Of a DNA stretch of 64,000 nt, positions 1 to 11,310 are shown piece after piece. Origin of the DNA: Callorhinchus milii (lineage: Eukaryota); NCBI RefSeq assembly GCF_018977255.1, contig NW_024704743.1, positions 84,942,001-85,006,000 on the forward strand, in the 5' to 3' direction. Made by a program: the position numbers and the translations under genes. The notes below the pieces were generated by a model, which ran no database searches, was not told the origin of the DNA, and saw nothing but the letters and a program-made list of their open reading frames with translations. Each line of letters begins with the position of its first letter. Position 1 is the stretch's first letter.

Positions 1-296
1 TACCCCAATGCACACTCTAAGGTCCCCAAGCCTTGACTCTTGCCAACCTGTGCCTAATACTTTCCAGAATTAGGTAAGCAGGACACGTGCCTCCAGGGAG
101 AGAGTTTCCATTCCAACAATCTATCCATGTGTAGGTGGGATGCATGGAAATCTCAGCTTTGTGTGGATACTCTTCAGCACGGAGATGGGTGTCCGCATGT
201 GTCAGCCACCCAGCTGACCAAAAAAAATCTAAAGTGTTTTGAGACCCTTTCCCAACCTGAAAGATGCTATGTAAGTGCAAATTGTTGTTGTTGTTG
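1..296 (+). repeat. Unclassified SINE-like repeat with L2-type tail (truncated by the window start)
   Basis: Positions 37-218 are homologous to 45598-45750. Ends in gtgcaaat(tgt)n. Confidence 0.65.
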
Positions 297-2962
297 CTCT
301 GCTATCATCTGCTGTAAAGTACTTTTTATTGTCCTGCTCATTATTTATGTGCTACATATTCTGGACGCTATAGATGATCGAATCATTTACTTCATGCCTT
401 TGTGCATCTGTATTGTTGCCAAGGAACTCAATAGAACTGTTTCAACACTAAGCTTTGTCGTTGCAGTGTGAAATTTAATGTTACAATTTAAATAATAGGT
501 GTGAATTATTAATAATCATGAGCTTTTGTGGAAAATTTGTGCCTGCCGTCTACTTAATCCTTTTGAGTTTCAATGTAAGTATTTAACTCCAGTCAGAAAA
601 ATCTAAAAGAGGCAAAAAAAAGTCATATTTATACAGCTGCTGTCAGAATAGTTTCTGTTTGCCAATTAGAATCAGTAAGTGTTTGTTTTGATTGTTTTTG
701 ATCTTATAGTGCCATGAATTTACAGATAGAGATATGAAGTTGTTTTAAATGGATTATGTTTAAACATCTGTTAAGATGTGACCCTTGCCCTTTCTTAGTT
801 AATGTGTTTGTCTTAAAGAAGAAGGAAACTCTGTAACTGAGTTCTTTGAATTTTCAGTTCCTTGTCTTCAAATGTAGTTCTTTATTTCTGTCGTATGGTT
901 CCTTTGAAAAACATATTTTGATTAATTGTGGAGCTGAGAAGGTGCTCTTTTTCTGCAAGAACCAAAGGGTACGCAGCGTCAGTGTCTGGCAAAGGAATCC
1001 ACATACATGGCATCCACTGATCAGCAAGTGTATTTAATCTTCTCATGCACGCAGAGAGCTATTTTGTCAATGTGGAAACCGATCATATGCACCTACTTCA
1101 GGGCTGAATACAAGATGCGATGTACAGGGCAGTTGCTGACTGATATCACCGGAGCGCAGCCTCTTTATCTTTTACTCTGGTGAAATTTGTGCCCACTGGG
1201 AAATTGAAGAGTTTTCCATTTTATGTGCCTAGTGATCCTTTGTCCTCTCATCGATAAACTAACTTTTCTTTGTGGGCAGATATGTTTCAATTCCTACTGA
1301 TCAGCAAATCTAACAATGTGAGCTTCACACCTCATAAACTGGCACTGACAAGGACTGTACATTTTCCAATCTGCAGCCACAAAGACTATTGCCCACTTTG
1401 TGTGTTAATGTCATCCTTGTTGCACTAGTGTGAAATTTCGCATTTCTCTTACCAGCTATAATAATAATTCTTGCAGTTGATACAGCACCTTTCACAGTTT
1501 TCGTAGGACGTCTCAAAGTGTATCACAAGATATGTTGCAAAGTGTATCCTGTGAAGCACTTTGCGTGCATTTGGTAGGGGAATATAAATCTGGTGGCATC
1601 TGAGTGAGTTCAGGTTTGAGTGTGCAATTGTGCCCACTAGGCACTGGACATGACCTAATATATTTCAAATGGTTCTCTCATAAACAACAGACAGACGGGT
1701 TCATCCCATTAGTCCAGGCTGCATTTGAATCCACTGTGTTACCCAGGCCCTCTGTTAAGTTATTGATGCAGCAAATACGTTTCTTCCAGACCATCTCAAA
1801 AATCTATTATTGAAATTCAGTACCTTCTAACAAGTGAAAAAAAACTGCCATTTATAATATCTGGGATAAAATGTTCTATATTCAGCGTTTTTCAGTAGTT
1901 TCTTTTAAAATAATGCATTTTATACCATAACTGACAGGCCTTGATTGCAAAAATGCACCAAATTACTTTTTCTTCTGGTTTATGATCCTTTCCAAACTCT
2001 TGGCAATGGTTGGAATTATTCTGTCAGGGGTTAAGCTTCTGTGAGAGCCTTACCGTTTTTTGACTGCAATGGATATTGAGCCGGCACTAGGAAAAAAGTT
2101 TGTCATAACATTGGCTTTTTTTCGGTATATTGAAGTTTGACTGGATGTTTTATGAAGGGTCTTTATATTTATGGACAACTTTCAAATATCTGTTCCTTAA
2201 CAGTGACAATATTAGAATTTATGAGTCATAAACATGACCCGAAAGGGAGGAACCTCCTTAAGGGTCATTGTTTTGGAGGGTTTCCCTGATGCTGGCACAG
2301 ACTCTGAATTCCACAGCTGCCTGTGGAAACCTGAACTCTGAGCCACCACTTGAACATTGCAGTGCACATCCCCCACTTCAGAGCCTTATTGTCAAGCTTT
2401 CTATTGTGCTGTGACAATTAGGACCAGTGGGTTTCACGTTGGATCCCGAGGCCGTGTTTCTTTTAGAAAAAATCCAGAACCGATTTAATGCTAGTTAATA
2501 TGTGCATGGGTGGGGGATAGGAGCTTCATTTTCTTTGTTTTAAAATGACTCAGAGTGTGGGAATTCCCTGATGAACGGTAATTTTTCAGTCTGGATTGAT
2601 TGGACAGGCGCCTGCAATTTTGAGGCAGCAGTAGTTGGTGCTCCTGATAAATGCTTCATTATGGACTGAATACGAGTTGGCCGTATTTAAAATCATTCAC
2701 TTCAATTCCTCTAATTGACTTTGTATATTTGGCTCAATATAAAAACAAAGCAGTATTTGAACAGATATTTCCTTAAGAAGATCTGTCCAGATAAAGACAA
2801 TTCTTCCTGGCATCGACCAAGGATCTCTAACGTGCACTGTTATGAGGTGATTTTCCATGATAAGCACGGAACAAAGTGCTCGCCAGCTTTAGTGAACATT
2901 ACATTTAACTTATCACTCTCACATTCTTCTTCAGCATATGATACGCATATGTTGTGTTTAGA

Positions 2963-3375
2963 TGTCAGCCTGGCTCAGTTCATAGCACTCTCATCTCTGA
3001 GTCAGAAGGTTGTGGGTTCAAGCCCCATACCAGGACTTTGAACTCACAGTCTCTCACATTCACACTCCAATGCAGTGCTGGAGGAGTGTTGAATTCTTAA
3101 AGAGTTTGTCCTTTGGATGAGGCATTAAACTATCTGCCTGTTCAGATGGATGTTAATGATTCCATGACACTATTCGAAAAGAGAAAGAAGTTTCCCCAGT
3201 GTCTTGGTCAACAATCGCCCGAATAAAAAATAGTTATTCACTTCATGCTTGATCGTGGGACATTGCTGTGCATTCACCTACAAATACACAGTCACTACAC
3301 TTCAAGTAAAATCCTGTAAAGTGGGTTGAGATGTCTCAACAATGTGAAAGAGCACTCTACCAAATGCAAGGATAA
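2963..3375 (+). mobile_element. Old full-core Deu-type SINE (SacSINE1/AmnSINE1-like)
   Basis: Head ctggctcagtt..agcactctc..ctctgagtcagaaggttgtgggttcaagcccca, core ctttggatgaggcattaaac..gatgttaatgattccatgacactattcgaa, tail aaatgcaagg. Family name is from recollection. Confidence 0.8.
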
Positions 3376-3381
3376 TTGTAT

Positions 3382-3757
3382 ATAATAATCCTTGCATTTG
3401 ATATAACGACTTATCAAGCCATTGAGAAGTCTCAAAGTGCTTCACAGAATATACTGCAAAGTGAATCTCCTGTATTTTTTGGACAAAACGCAGCAGCCAA
3501 TTTTGCACAGCAATGTCCCACAAACAATCGTGGATTGAGTTAACCCAATATTATTCTTTCTAATTTTTTTTGAAGGGATTATTACCCCCAGAAAGCAATC
3601 CACCAATTGACTAACAACCTGGTTCCTACTTCCTGCTAGGTAAACAGAGGCATGTGAAGTAAGGAAACTTACCTAAGGTTTTGCCCTGCCCGGGAAATGA
3701 ACCCGTGTCCTCTTGTTTGTGAGGCGAGTGCTCTAACCATTACGCTACTGTACTCCA
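3382..3757 (-). mobile_element. tRNA-headed SINE, long subfamily
   Basis: Reverse complement is colinear with the 22151 and 30782 copies. Confidence 0.85.
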
Positions 3758-3884
3758 TGCTGTATATATTTATGTTGGAGTACTGTTTCTGTGTAATTTG
3801 CTTCACAGTCCTGGGGGAAATAAGTGAACAATGCACAAAATGGCAGATTTTTTTGGAAAAACCCAATTCAAAATAATGGATGTC

Positions 3885-4562
3885 AACTAGGCGTTCGGTT
3901 CGATCCCCAGCCATCCTTCCTCCCCCACATCTGGTCCCTGACCAGCACCACTTTTTTCCACCTCCGCCACATTGCCCATCTCCGACAATACCTCACCCCA
4001 AGAGCTGCCGAAACCCTTGTCCATGCCTTTGTCACCTCTCGGCTAGACTATAATACCCTCCTCGCCGTTCTTCCCTCCTCCACTATTCACAAAATCCAGC
4101 TCATTCAAACCTCCGCCATCCACATTCTCACTCGCACCAAACTTCATACCCCGATTATTCCTGTCCTTGCCAAACTCCACTGGCTCCCTGTCACAGAGCG
4201 GATCGGCTTCAAGATCCTCACTCTCGTGTTTAAATCCCTCCATTCCTTGGCAGCCCCCTACCTCTCTAACCTACTCTCTCCCCACAGCAGTAGCCACTGC
4301 CCCCATCTACTGGGTCCGGCCTCTTCTGCGTCCCTTGAATCCTTCAGCCACTACGCCCCGAAACTTTGGAACTCCCTCCCTCAACCCCTTCACCTCGCCC
4401 CCGCCTTCCCATCTTCAGGTCGCACGTGAAGACCTACCTTTTCAATAGCGCCTACATTTACCTTCCCCCTCCCCCTGGGTTGGTCTTAGGCTCCACCATT
4501 GTTAAGTGCTCTGAGATGCCTCCTGGTGTGGAGGGTACTATATAAGTGCAAATTGTTGTTGA
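3885..4562 (+). mobile_element. L2 LINE 3' fragment
   Basis: ORF 3824..4429 contains LGVRFD, AETLVHAFVTSRLDY, LHWLPV..FKIL and APKLWNSLP. Tail is gtgcaaattgttgttg. Confidence 0.92.
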
Positions 4563-5159
4563 CTACAATTTAATGCATTGTAATAACAATAGAGTTTGTA
4601 AGTGAGGTAGGTTCTAAATGTTCATTAAAAATTTAAGTTCAATGAAAACTTGCAAACAAATTTCCAGATGATTCCAGGTACTGTATATTGTTCAGCATTC
4701 TGGATTGCGTATGTTACCTATCCCACAGTTCTTCAAACCTTCATCTTTCATGACCGGTTTACATCCCTCTTGGAAATTTCCACATCCTAACAACTGTCTA
4801 TTAGTTAGTTTGGTTTTGGAAAACTATTAGTTTGGTTTTACTGGAAAAATTGCAGATAAGATTTTAGACAAAAATAAGTTATTTGATTGGAATAATAATT
4901 GAAAATTTGACAACACTGACCAGTTTCAGAATGTTTTCATAATTTTATTTAACTTGTTAACCTATAACCTTCGTCAGATTTTTTTAAAGAAAGTAGGAGG
5001 ATGCTTTAATCTTTTAGATTATTTTTGTAGAAACTCTATGGTGATATATTTCTTTCAACATGTTAATTGTTGTCATGAGAAGGAAAACACATACAGAATC
5101 ATTTTTCTACTACATTGTTTCATCTGTGTTGTAGATTAGGGAACTGGCTTGGGCAAAGA

Positions 5160-5735
5160 ATAGAGAAAAACAGGAGGAGGCCAGTCAGCCCACTGAGCCT
5201 GTTCTCACAGTTTATTAGACCTTGGTACACCTTTTAATCTGAATGACCCACACTTTTACCATATGCTAATATGACTACAACAACTTGCATTTATATAGTG
5301 CCCTTCATGTGGGTAGTGTCACGGAGCACTGAACAGCATGTGGCTTGGCTCCAAGCCAGAAAGGAAGCGGGGAGGTGACCAAAGCACGATTGAAGAGGAA
5401 AGTCTTTAGGTGTGAATTGAAGATGGTCAAAGAGGAGGGGATTGAGGCAAGGAGTTCCAGAGATACTACCCAAGTATCTGTCTATCTGCACTTAACAACC
5501 TTTTTCGGGACAGGGCATTCCGCATCTTCACAACCCTCCGTGTGTTGAAATACTTCCTGACCTCGGGTCTATTTGTCTTAGTTTAATTTAAGGCTATGCC
5601 CAATTTGTGATAGATTCCTCTACAAGAGAAAGAGTTGTCCATTGTCTACCTGTAAATTATTTTCATTATTTTAAACACCCAAATCAAATCACCCCTTAAC
5701 CTCCTCTGTTCTAAGGAATATAATCCCACATAACT
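5160..5735 (-). mobile_element. Old CR1 3' fragment interrupted by an L2 tail (about 5277-5465)
   Basis: Minus-strand GLYSLEQRRLRGDLIWVFKIMK. The internal segment caacaacttgcatttatatagtgcccttca is an L2-type tail. Confidence 0.7.
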
Positions 5736-6295
5736 AAGTGATGAGTACATAACTGCAGGTGGCTGGTGGAAAATGTTTGGTAAGTGTCCTGCGTTTTTTT
5801 TAAATAAAAAAGATACCTCTTGTGTCACAGGACCCCTAATCATTCAGATAGTGTGAAAAAAAATGTTTTCCAACAGGATCATTTTCCACCCCACCCCCTT
5901 CCCACTATGTTTTCCATTGCTTTTTTTTATTTAACAATATAAACCTGCAAAACATGTTTACCCAAAGAGGCTAATGCAATTGTCTAAGGTTTCCCTCTTG
6001 GAGGATATCCCAGTGCGTGGGAGTTGAGATTTCCCTCATGGCTCTCCAGACGTAACATGAGGAATTGTCTGTCTCTACTGTCTGATGCATAACAACTTCT
6101 GCTTCTGTGTTTCTACAAATGAAGTGCTACTAGCTTTTAATGATTTGTCTTTTCCACTCTCGAACACAGGCCAGGTTTGTCACAGGAACGTTGTGCAATA
6201 CACCACTGTTACTCATCGTGGCTTAAATACCTTGAACATTGAAAGTCACATGTAAATTTGCTTTTTTTGTAATTAGCTTATCACTCTTGCATTCA

Positions 6296-6620
6296 ACAAA
6301 ATGCAAAATACTACAGATGCTGGAAATCTGAAACAAAAACAGAAGTCACTGGGAACACTCAGCAGGTCAGGCAGCATCTATGGAGAAAAGAAAGTGAGTC
6401 AATGTTTCAGTCCACAACCCTTCATCAGAACTGGGGCATATTCAGAAGGAGAGGCTTTTAAGGGCTAACAGATAGGGGGAGGCAGGGCAAGGAAGACAAA
6501 GGAGAAAATGGTAGGAAACGGGAAAAGAGTTGTTAATATTTTTTGCATTATTAACACCTCTTTTCCCCTGTTTTGTTCCAATCCCCCCTTTGTTTTGCAT
6601 CATTAACACCTCTTTAACCC
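6296..6620 (-). mobile_element. Penelope-like element terminal fragment with inverted junction
   Basis: cagatgctggaaatctgaaacaaaaacagaa..ctcagcaggtcaggcagcatct..gtttcag..ttcatcagaac resembles a common chondrichthyan PLE end (recollection). It carries a CTGATGA..GAAAC core on the - strand. Confidence 0.7.
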
Positions 6621-7514
6621 AACATCACTATACAATACAAATTTATATTTATATAGCGCCATACACATCAGGAAGGGAGGATGCCCCAAAGACTTGACGG
6701 TCCTGGCTTGCACCCGATCTGGTGGTGAGGGGAGCAACAAGGGTGAGGTGGGGGGAAGATATATTTGAAGGTCTTAAAATAGTCTAAGACAATTAGAAAA
6801 CTTTTGTTTCAAATATAGTTATGAAAAAGTGGAATACACTGCCCAAAAAGCTATAGTTGCAGAATTAATTGTATTGTTTAAAAAGGTAGATAAGTAGATT
6901 CAGTGATAGAGACATACATACACATACACAGTGTATTCAGGGATATGGAGGAAAAGTGGGGAAATGGAATATAAAGAACTGTCTTGATAAAATAGCAGGA
7001 TATGTCAATAGCATGTTCCTATGCTGTAGCTACTGCGGTTTTGTTTTGCGCTTGTTCATCTGATTGATATCTGAAATGACTGATAAGTTCCCTTCAGTGC
7101 AATTAATTCTCTTCCTTTATTAACTCCACACAGATGTTTCGACAATAATAGTCAGTAAGAAAATATTATTCATACGCATTCTGGATTTCCTTGATTTACT
7201 CAGATTAACTGCTAGTCCAATGTGTTATTTTTCTTTCACTGATCTATGGGATTATTTTCGATATGTTATTAACTTTCTTGAATGGCAATGTTCTTTGCAC
7301 AATGTCAAATTAGCAAATGTAGTGAGTTATTAGGGAGTGGATACAATTAGATGGTGGTCAACATCCTCAACCACTATTAGCGTGTCTGTTGGAGGATTTA
7401 GAACAACTCAGACTAGGTTCAAAAGTTGTGTATCTTGGGCCAGAATGAGACTTTTTCCCTTCAAACTTCAAACTAATTGAACCCAATTGGAAGTTTGTGT
7501 TAATCATGTACAAA

Positions 7515-7912
7515 TGATAATAGCACCTTATCTGGTTGTGAAAACGTCACAAAGCGCTTTACAGGATTTACAAGAAATTGCAGTGACTGTGTATTTGTAG
7601 CAATCACGGCAGCCAAATTGCAAACAGGAATGTCTCACAAACAGCAATAAAGTAACTAACCAATTTTATTTAGGATTGTTGGCCAAGATACCAGGAGAAA
7701 CTCTGTTCTTTATTCGCATACTGCCATTGAATCTGTAATCTCCACCTGATCAGGTAGATGAAGCTTTGTTTAATGTCTCATCCAAAGGACGACACCTCTG
7801 ACAATGCAGCACTTCCCCAGCATTGTATTGGAGGGTCTGCCTGGATGATGAGCTCAAAGTCCCAACATCACAACTTTCTGACTCAGAGTTGAGAGTGCTA
7901 CCAACTGAGCCT
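7515..7912 (-). mobile_element. Old Deu-type SINE
   Basis: Reverse complement is homologous to 2963-3375. Confidence 0.78.
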
Positions 7913-8400
7913 GAAAGTATGGGTGTCGAGTGAACTACAGGTGCTCTTATTCATATAATTAACAACCAATTAAAACATTATGGGAAATTCTGTGTACAAG
8001 AGTGTTGGTTGAACCCTAGAGACAGGGCAGGAGAGAACAATGATGCTGCTTTCTAGTATTAGAGATGAGCTGTAAGGAATGACTCAGGCTCTTCAGCCTT
8101 GAAAAAAGACAACTGATTGGGCACCATATATCAGATTCTAAATGGCACTGAGAATGTAAACCTAGATTATTATTTTCAAGATAAGGCAAGGCAGCGAGAC
8201 AAGATGGCATAGGTTCAGGGTTGTGAAGAGAAATTTCAGACTGGTACCAGGAAGTATTTATTGTTAACAACTGGAGTGGGTGACCAGGATAGGATAGAGG
8301 CCAGGATGCTGGACTTGTTCAACAAACTGCTTCATGGGAATGCAAAGAAGACAGGTTTAGTATTCTCAAAGGCCTCCTTTATCCAAACTTCTCTTGTGCA

Positions 8401-8735
8401 GTCCTGTAGCTCAGTGGTTAGAGCACTCGCACCTGATTTCAATTCCAGGCAGGGCGAAACCTTGGGCAAGTTTCCTTACTCCACACGCCTAATAATAATC
8501 CCTCCAAAACAACAAAAAAACAAAAATAAATTGGTCATTTTCAATCTACGACTGTTTGTGGGACATTGCTGTGCGCAATTGGCTGCCGCGTTCGCCCACA
8601 AATATATACAGTCAATTCACTTTACAGTATATTCTGTGAAGCGCTTTGAGAAAACAACAACAAGATTTCATTTATAGACGTCTAGAAGACGTGAAAAGCT
8701 CTATATCAAATGCAAGGATTATTATTATTATTATT
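8401..8735 (+). mobile_element. tRNA-headed SINE, short subfamily, with anticodon-arm deletion and an insert in the tail
   Basis: Colinear with the 46110 copy. Lacks tttgcaagcgagag and has an extra 24 bp at 8652-8675. Confidence 0.9.
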
Positions 8736-10852
8736 GTATTCTTGTGATTATAAAGTGATCACTCCTCTCCTTCAAGAAAAGATCCACCATGTTTACATAA
8801 CTTTCCTTAAAGAAGCTTTGTCCAAGAAGATATATGGCGACCCCATTTTAAAGCAGTTTTCTGGGTTCAGAATCTCAGAGGCAATAATATAAGCGAATTG
8901 TGAAATAATAGACAATTTTGCAGATCAGGTTGCTGCTGTCATTACTTCCTAACTACTAATGTTACTTCCTTTGCAAAGTGATATAGGGGACTACCTCACA
9001 GGAAGTGATATCAGTGATGACCCGGAAATGGGCCATATTATAGTGCATGAAACCGGGTGTATCATGCTTCCGGTTAGTATGTGTCTACAGGACACCATAC
9101 TATGAGCAAATGTATACTGAAATGGGGGATGTTATCTTGTACTGAAGGAATCCTTTGATAATTTGTTAGAATAACTCTAGAGGCACAAATTCATATTAAT
9201 TTCACAAAATCCCATTCAGTGGAACTTACTTCCCAGCAAACCTACAAATAATTTCCTTGCCTCCTGAAGAGTATTAGGGTATCCCTTTTATGACAGACTT
9301 GATTCATGAGCCAAAAACGTCTATAAGTACATGTGTTTTTTTTGGATTATTCCCTTGCTTTCATATGTGCCTCTCCAAATAATTTTGGAAGAAAGAACAC
9401 AGATAATAGTCAATTTAGTGTCATCACAGCTTGTGTTGCTCATTCATCCAATAGTGTCAAGTGGCATCATTGTTTTCTTTTGGAACCATTGCTGGTTATA
9501 GTCCTGACAGTTAGATATACCAGCAATTTTCGATCTTTTGGCAATGACTGAAGCTTTTCATCGATTATGGCTAGAAGGGCCATACTGGGCAGGTCTTGGA
9601 CAAGTCTTCAACAAACCCATGAGGGCATCCTTGAGGTCGTCAGGGAGCATTTTGCAGTGTTTGATCTAGCCATCCAAATTCGTAAATAATAATAATCCTT
9701 GCATACAATATAATACTATATGTCGCTGAGACTTCTCAAAGCACTTCACAGAATTTATTGTTGATGTCGTGTAAATATAGTTATCTTTCAGTACAATTCC
9801 ATGTTTCTCACTCAAACTGTTTGAATTTGTTTTTAAATTATTCGTATTTACTAGGGGAAAAAATTGCACTTTTCTGAATGAGTCCAGCATGACTTGAGAT
9901 TCACTACCTGTTCCTTGTCCTTTTTTTTGATTTCCCCGACTCACTAGTGAGCTAGAAACCTTCCTTTTTCCAAACAGAATACTTAAAATAAAACATTGGG
10001 TCGATCTGTTTAGAATATATTTTACCTGGAAAAATCTGCGTAGTCGGAAGCAGCGACGACTTTATAATTGAGGTGACCACTTCCTTGCCACAGATAGCTA
10101 CCGTTCCACTGAAGGCAGCCAAAGATATTCACCTTGTGCTTTCTGGGAGAGATTTAGCTATAACAACTCTGCTTGCAACGGGAAGGGATGTTAGTTGGAT
10201 GTAATTACAGCCATGTTTTAAAAAAAAGTCAGTTAATATCTTACTGTTATGCACAGCCATTTTTGGAGTGTGAATGCTTTATATAATTTTGTGTTTGATA
10301 TAACACCATTCACGACAGCAGAAAGTTCTTAAAGTGCTTCATGGGCTATGCTGTAAAGCAGAGGGACAATTTTGAAGAAGAGTGGAAAAAAGCAGATAAT
10401 AATGATGATAAAGCAGGTAATAATAATAATAGGAAGCTAGATGAAGGAGAAGGGAATAGAAGGGTATGGGAGGGAGAAAGGGGTGTGTGGACATTCATGT
10501 GGAGTATATGATTTGGATAACTCTTTTCGAAGAGCCTGCACAGACACAATGAGCCGATTGGCCTCCTTCTGTGCTGTATAACTCTATGATAAACACTGGC
10601 ATGGTAGTTGGACAGAATGGTCTGTTTCAAATGCTGTACAATCTGTGTAAATCTATGTAGCGGTTCCTGTTTTTTGTTCTCACCACCAATATTCTCTTTC
10701 TGGCGATATCTTAGTTTAATCCTTTCATTGAGCTATGCACTGTTTAGAATTGACGCCACTTAGAACATGTGTCTATAGAGATATTGCTGGCTCTATATGG
10801 GAGCATCCTTTAAACCGGATACGGTTTTAAAATAATCAAATTAGCTCCATGA

Positions 10853-11310
10853 TTCAGTCTGGATTATTTGGTTCCACTCTCGTCTCCAAGTCAGAAAATG
10901 ATGTGTGTGTTCAAGCCACATATCAGAACTTTGAACTCACAGTCTAGACTGACACTCCAATGCAATGCTTGTGGGTGGGTGGAGGGTGGTTGGTTGCATT
11001 GTGCAATGTTGGAGGTGCTGTTGCTTGGATGAGAGGTTAAACTGGTCTGGTCTACCTTCATTTAGGTGGACATTAAAGATTGCATGACACCATTCAAAAA
11101 GAAAAGGGAATTTCTTCCAGTCATTTCTCCTGACCCACAATCCCCCAAATAAAATCGGCAATTCATTTCAAGGCTTTTTGTGGAGCAAATTAGCTGCTGT
11201 TTTTACCTAAAATACACAAGCTTTACATTTCACAGGAAAATCATGCAAAGGACTTTGAGACATCTCAAAGGCATGATAAGGCATATATCAAATACAAAGA
11301 TTATTATTAC
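10853..11310 (+). mobile_element. Old Deu-type SINE
   Basis: Homologous to 2963-3375 (gactgacactccaatgca, ttggatgagaggttaaac). Confidence 0.75.
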
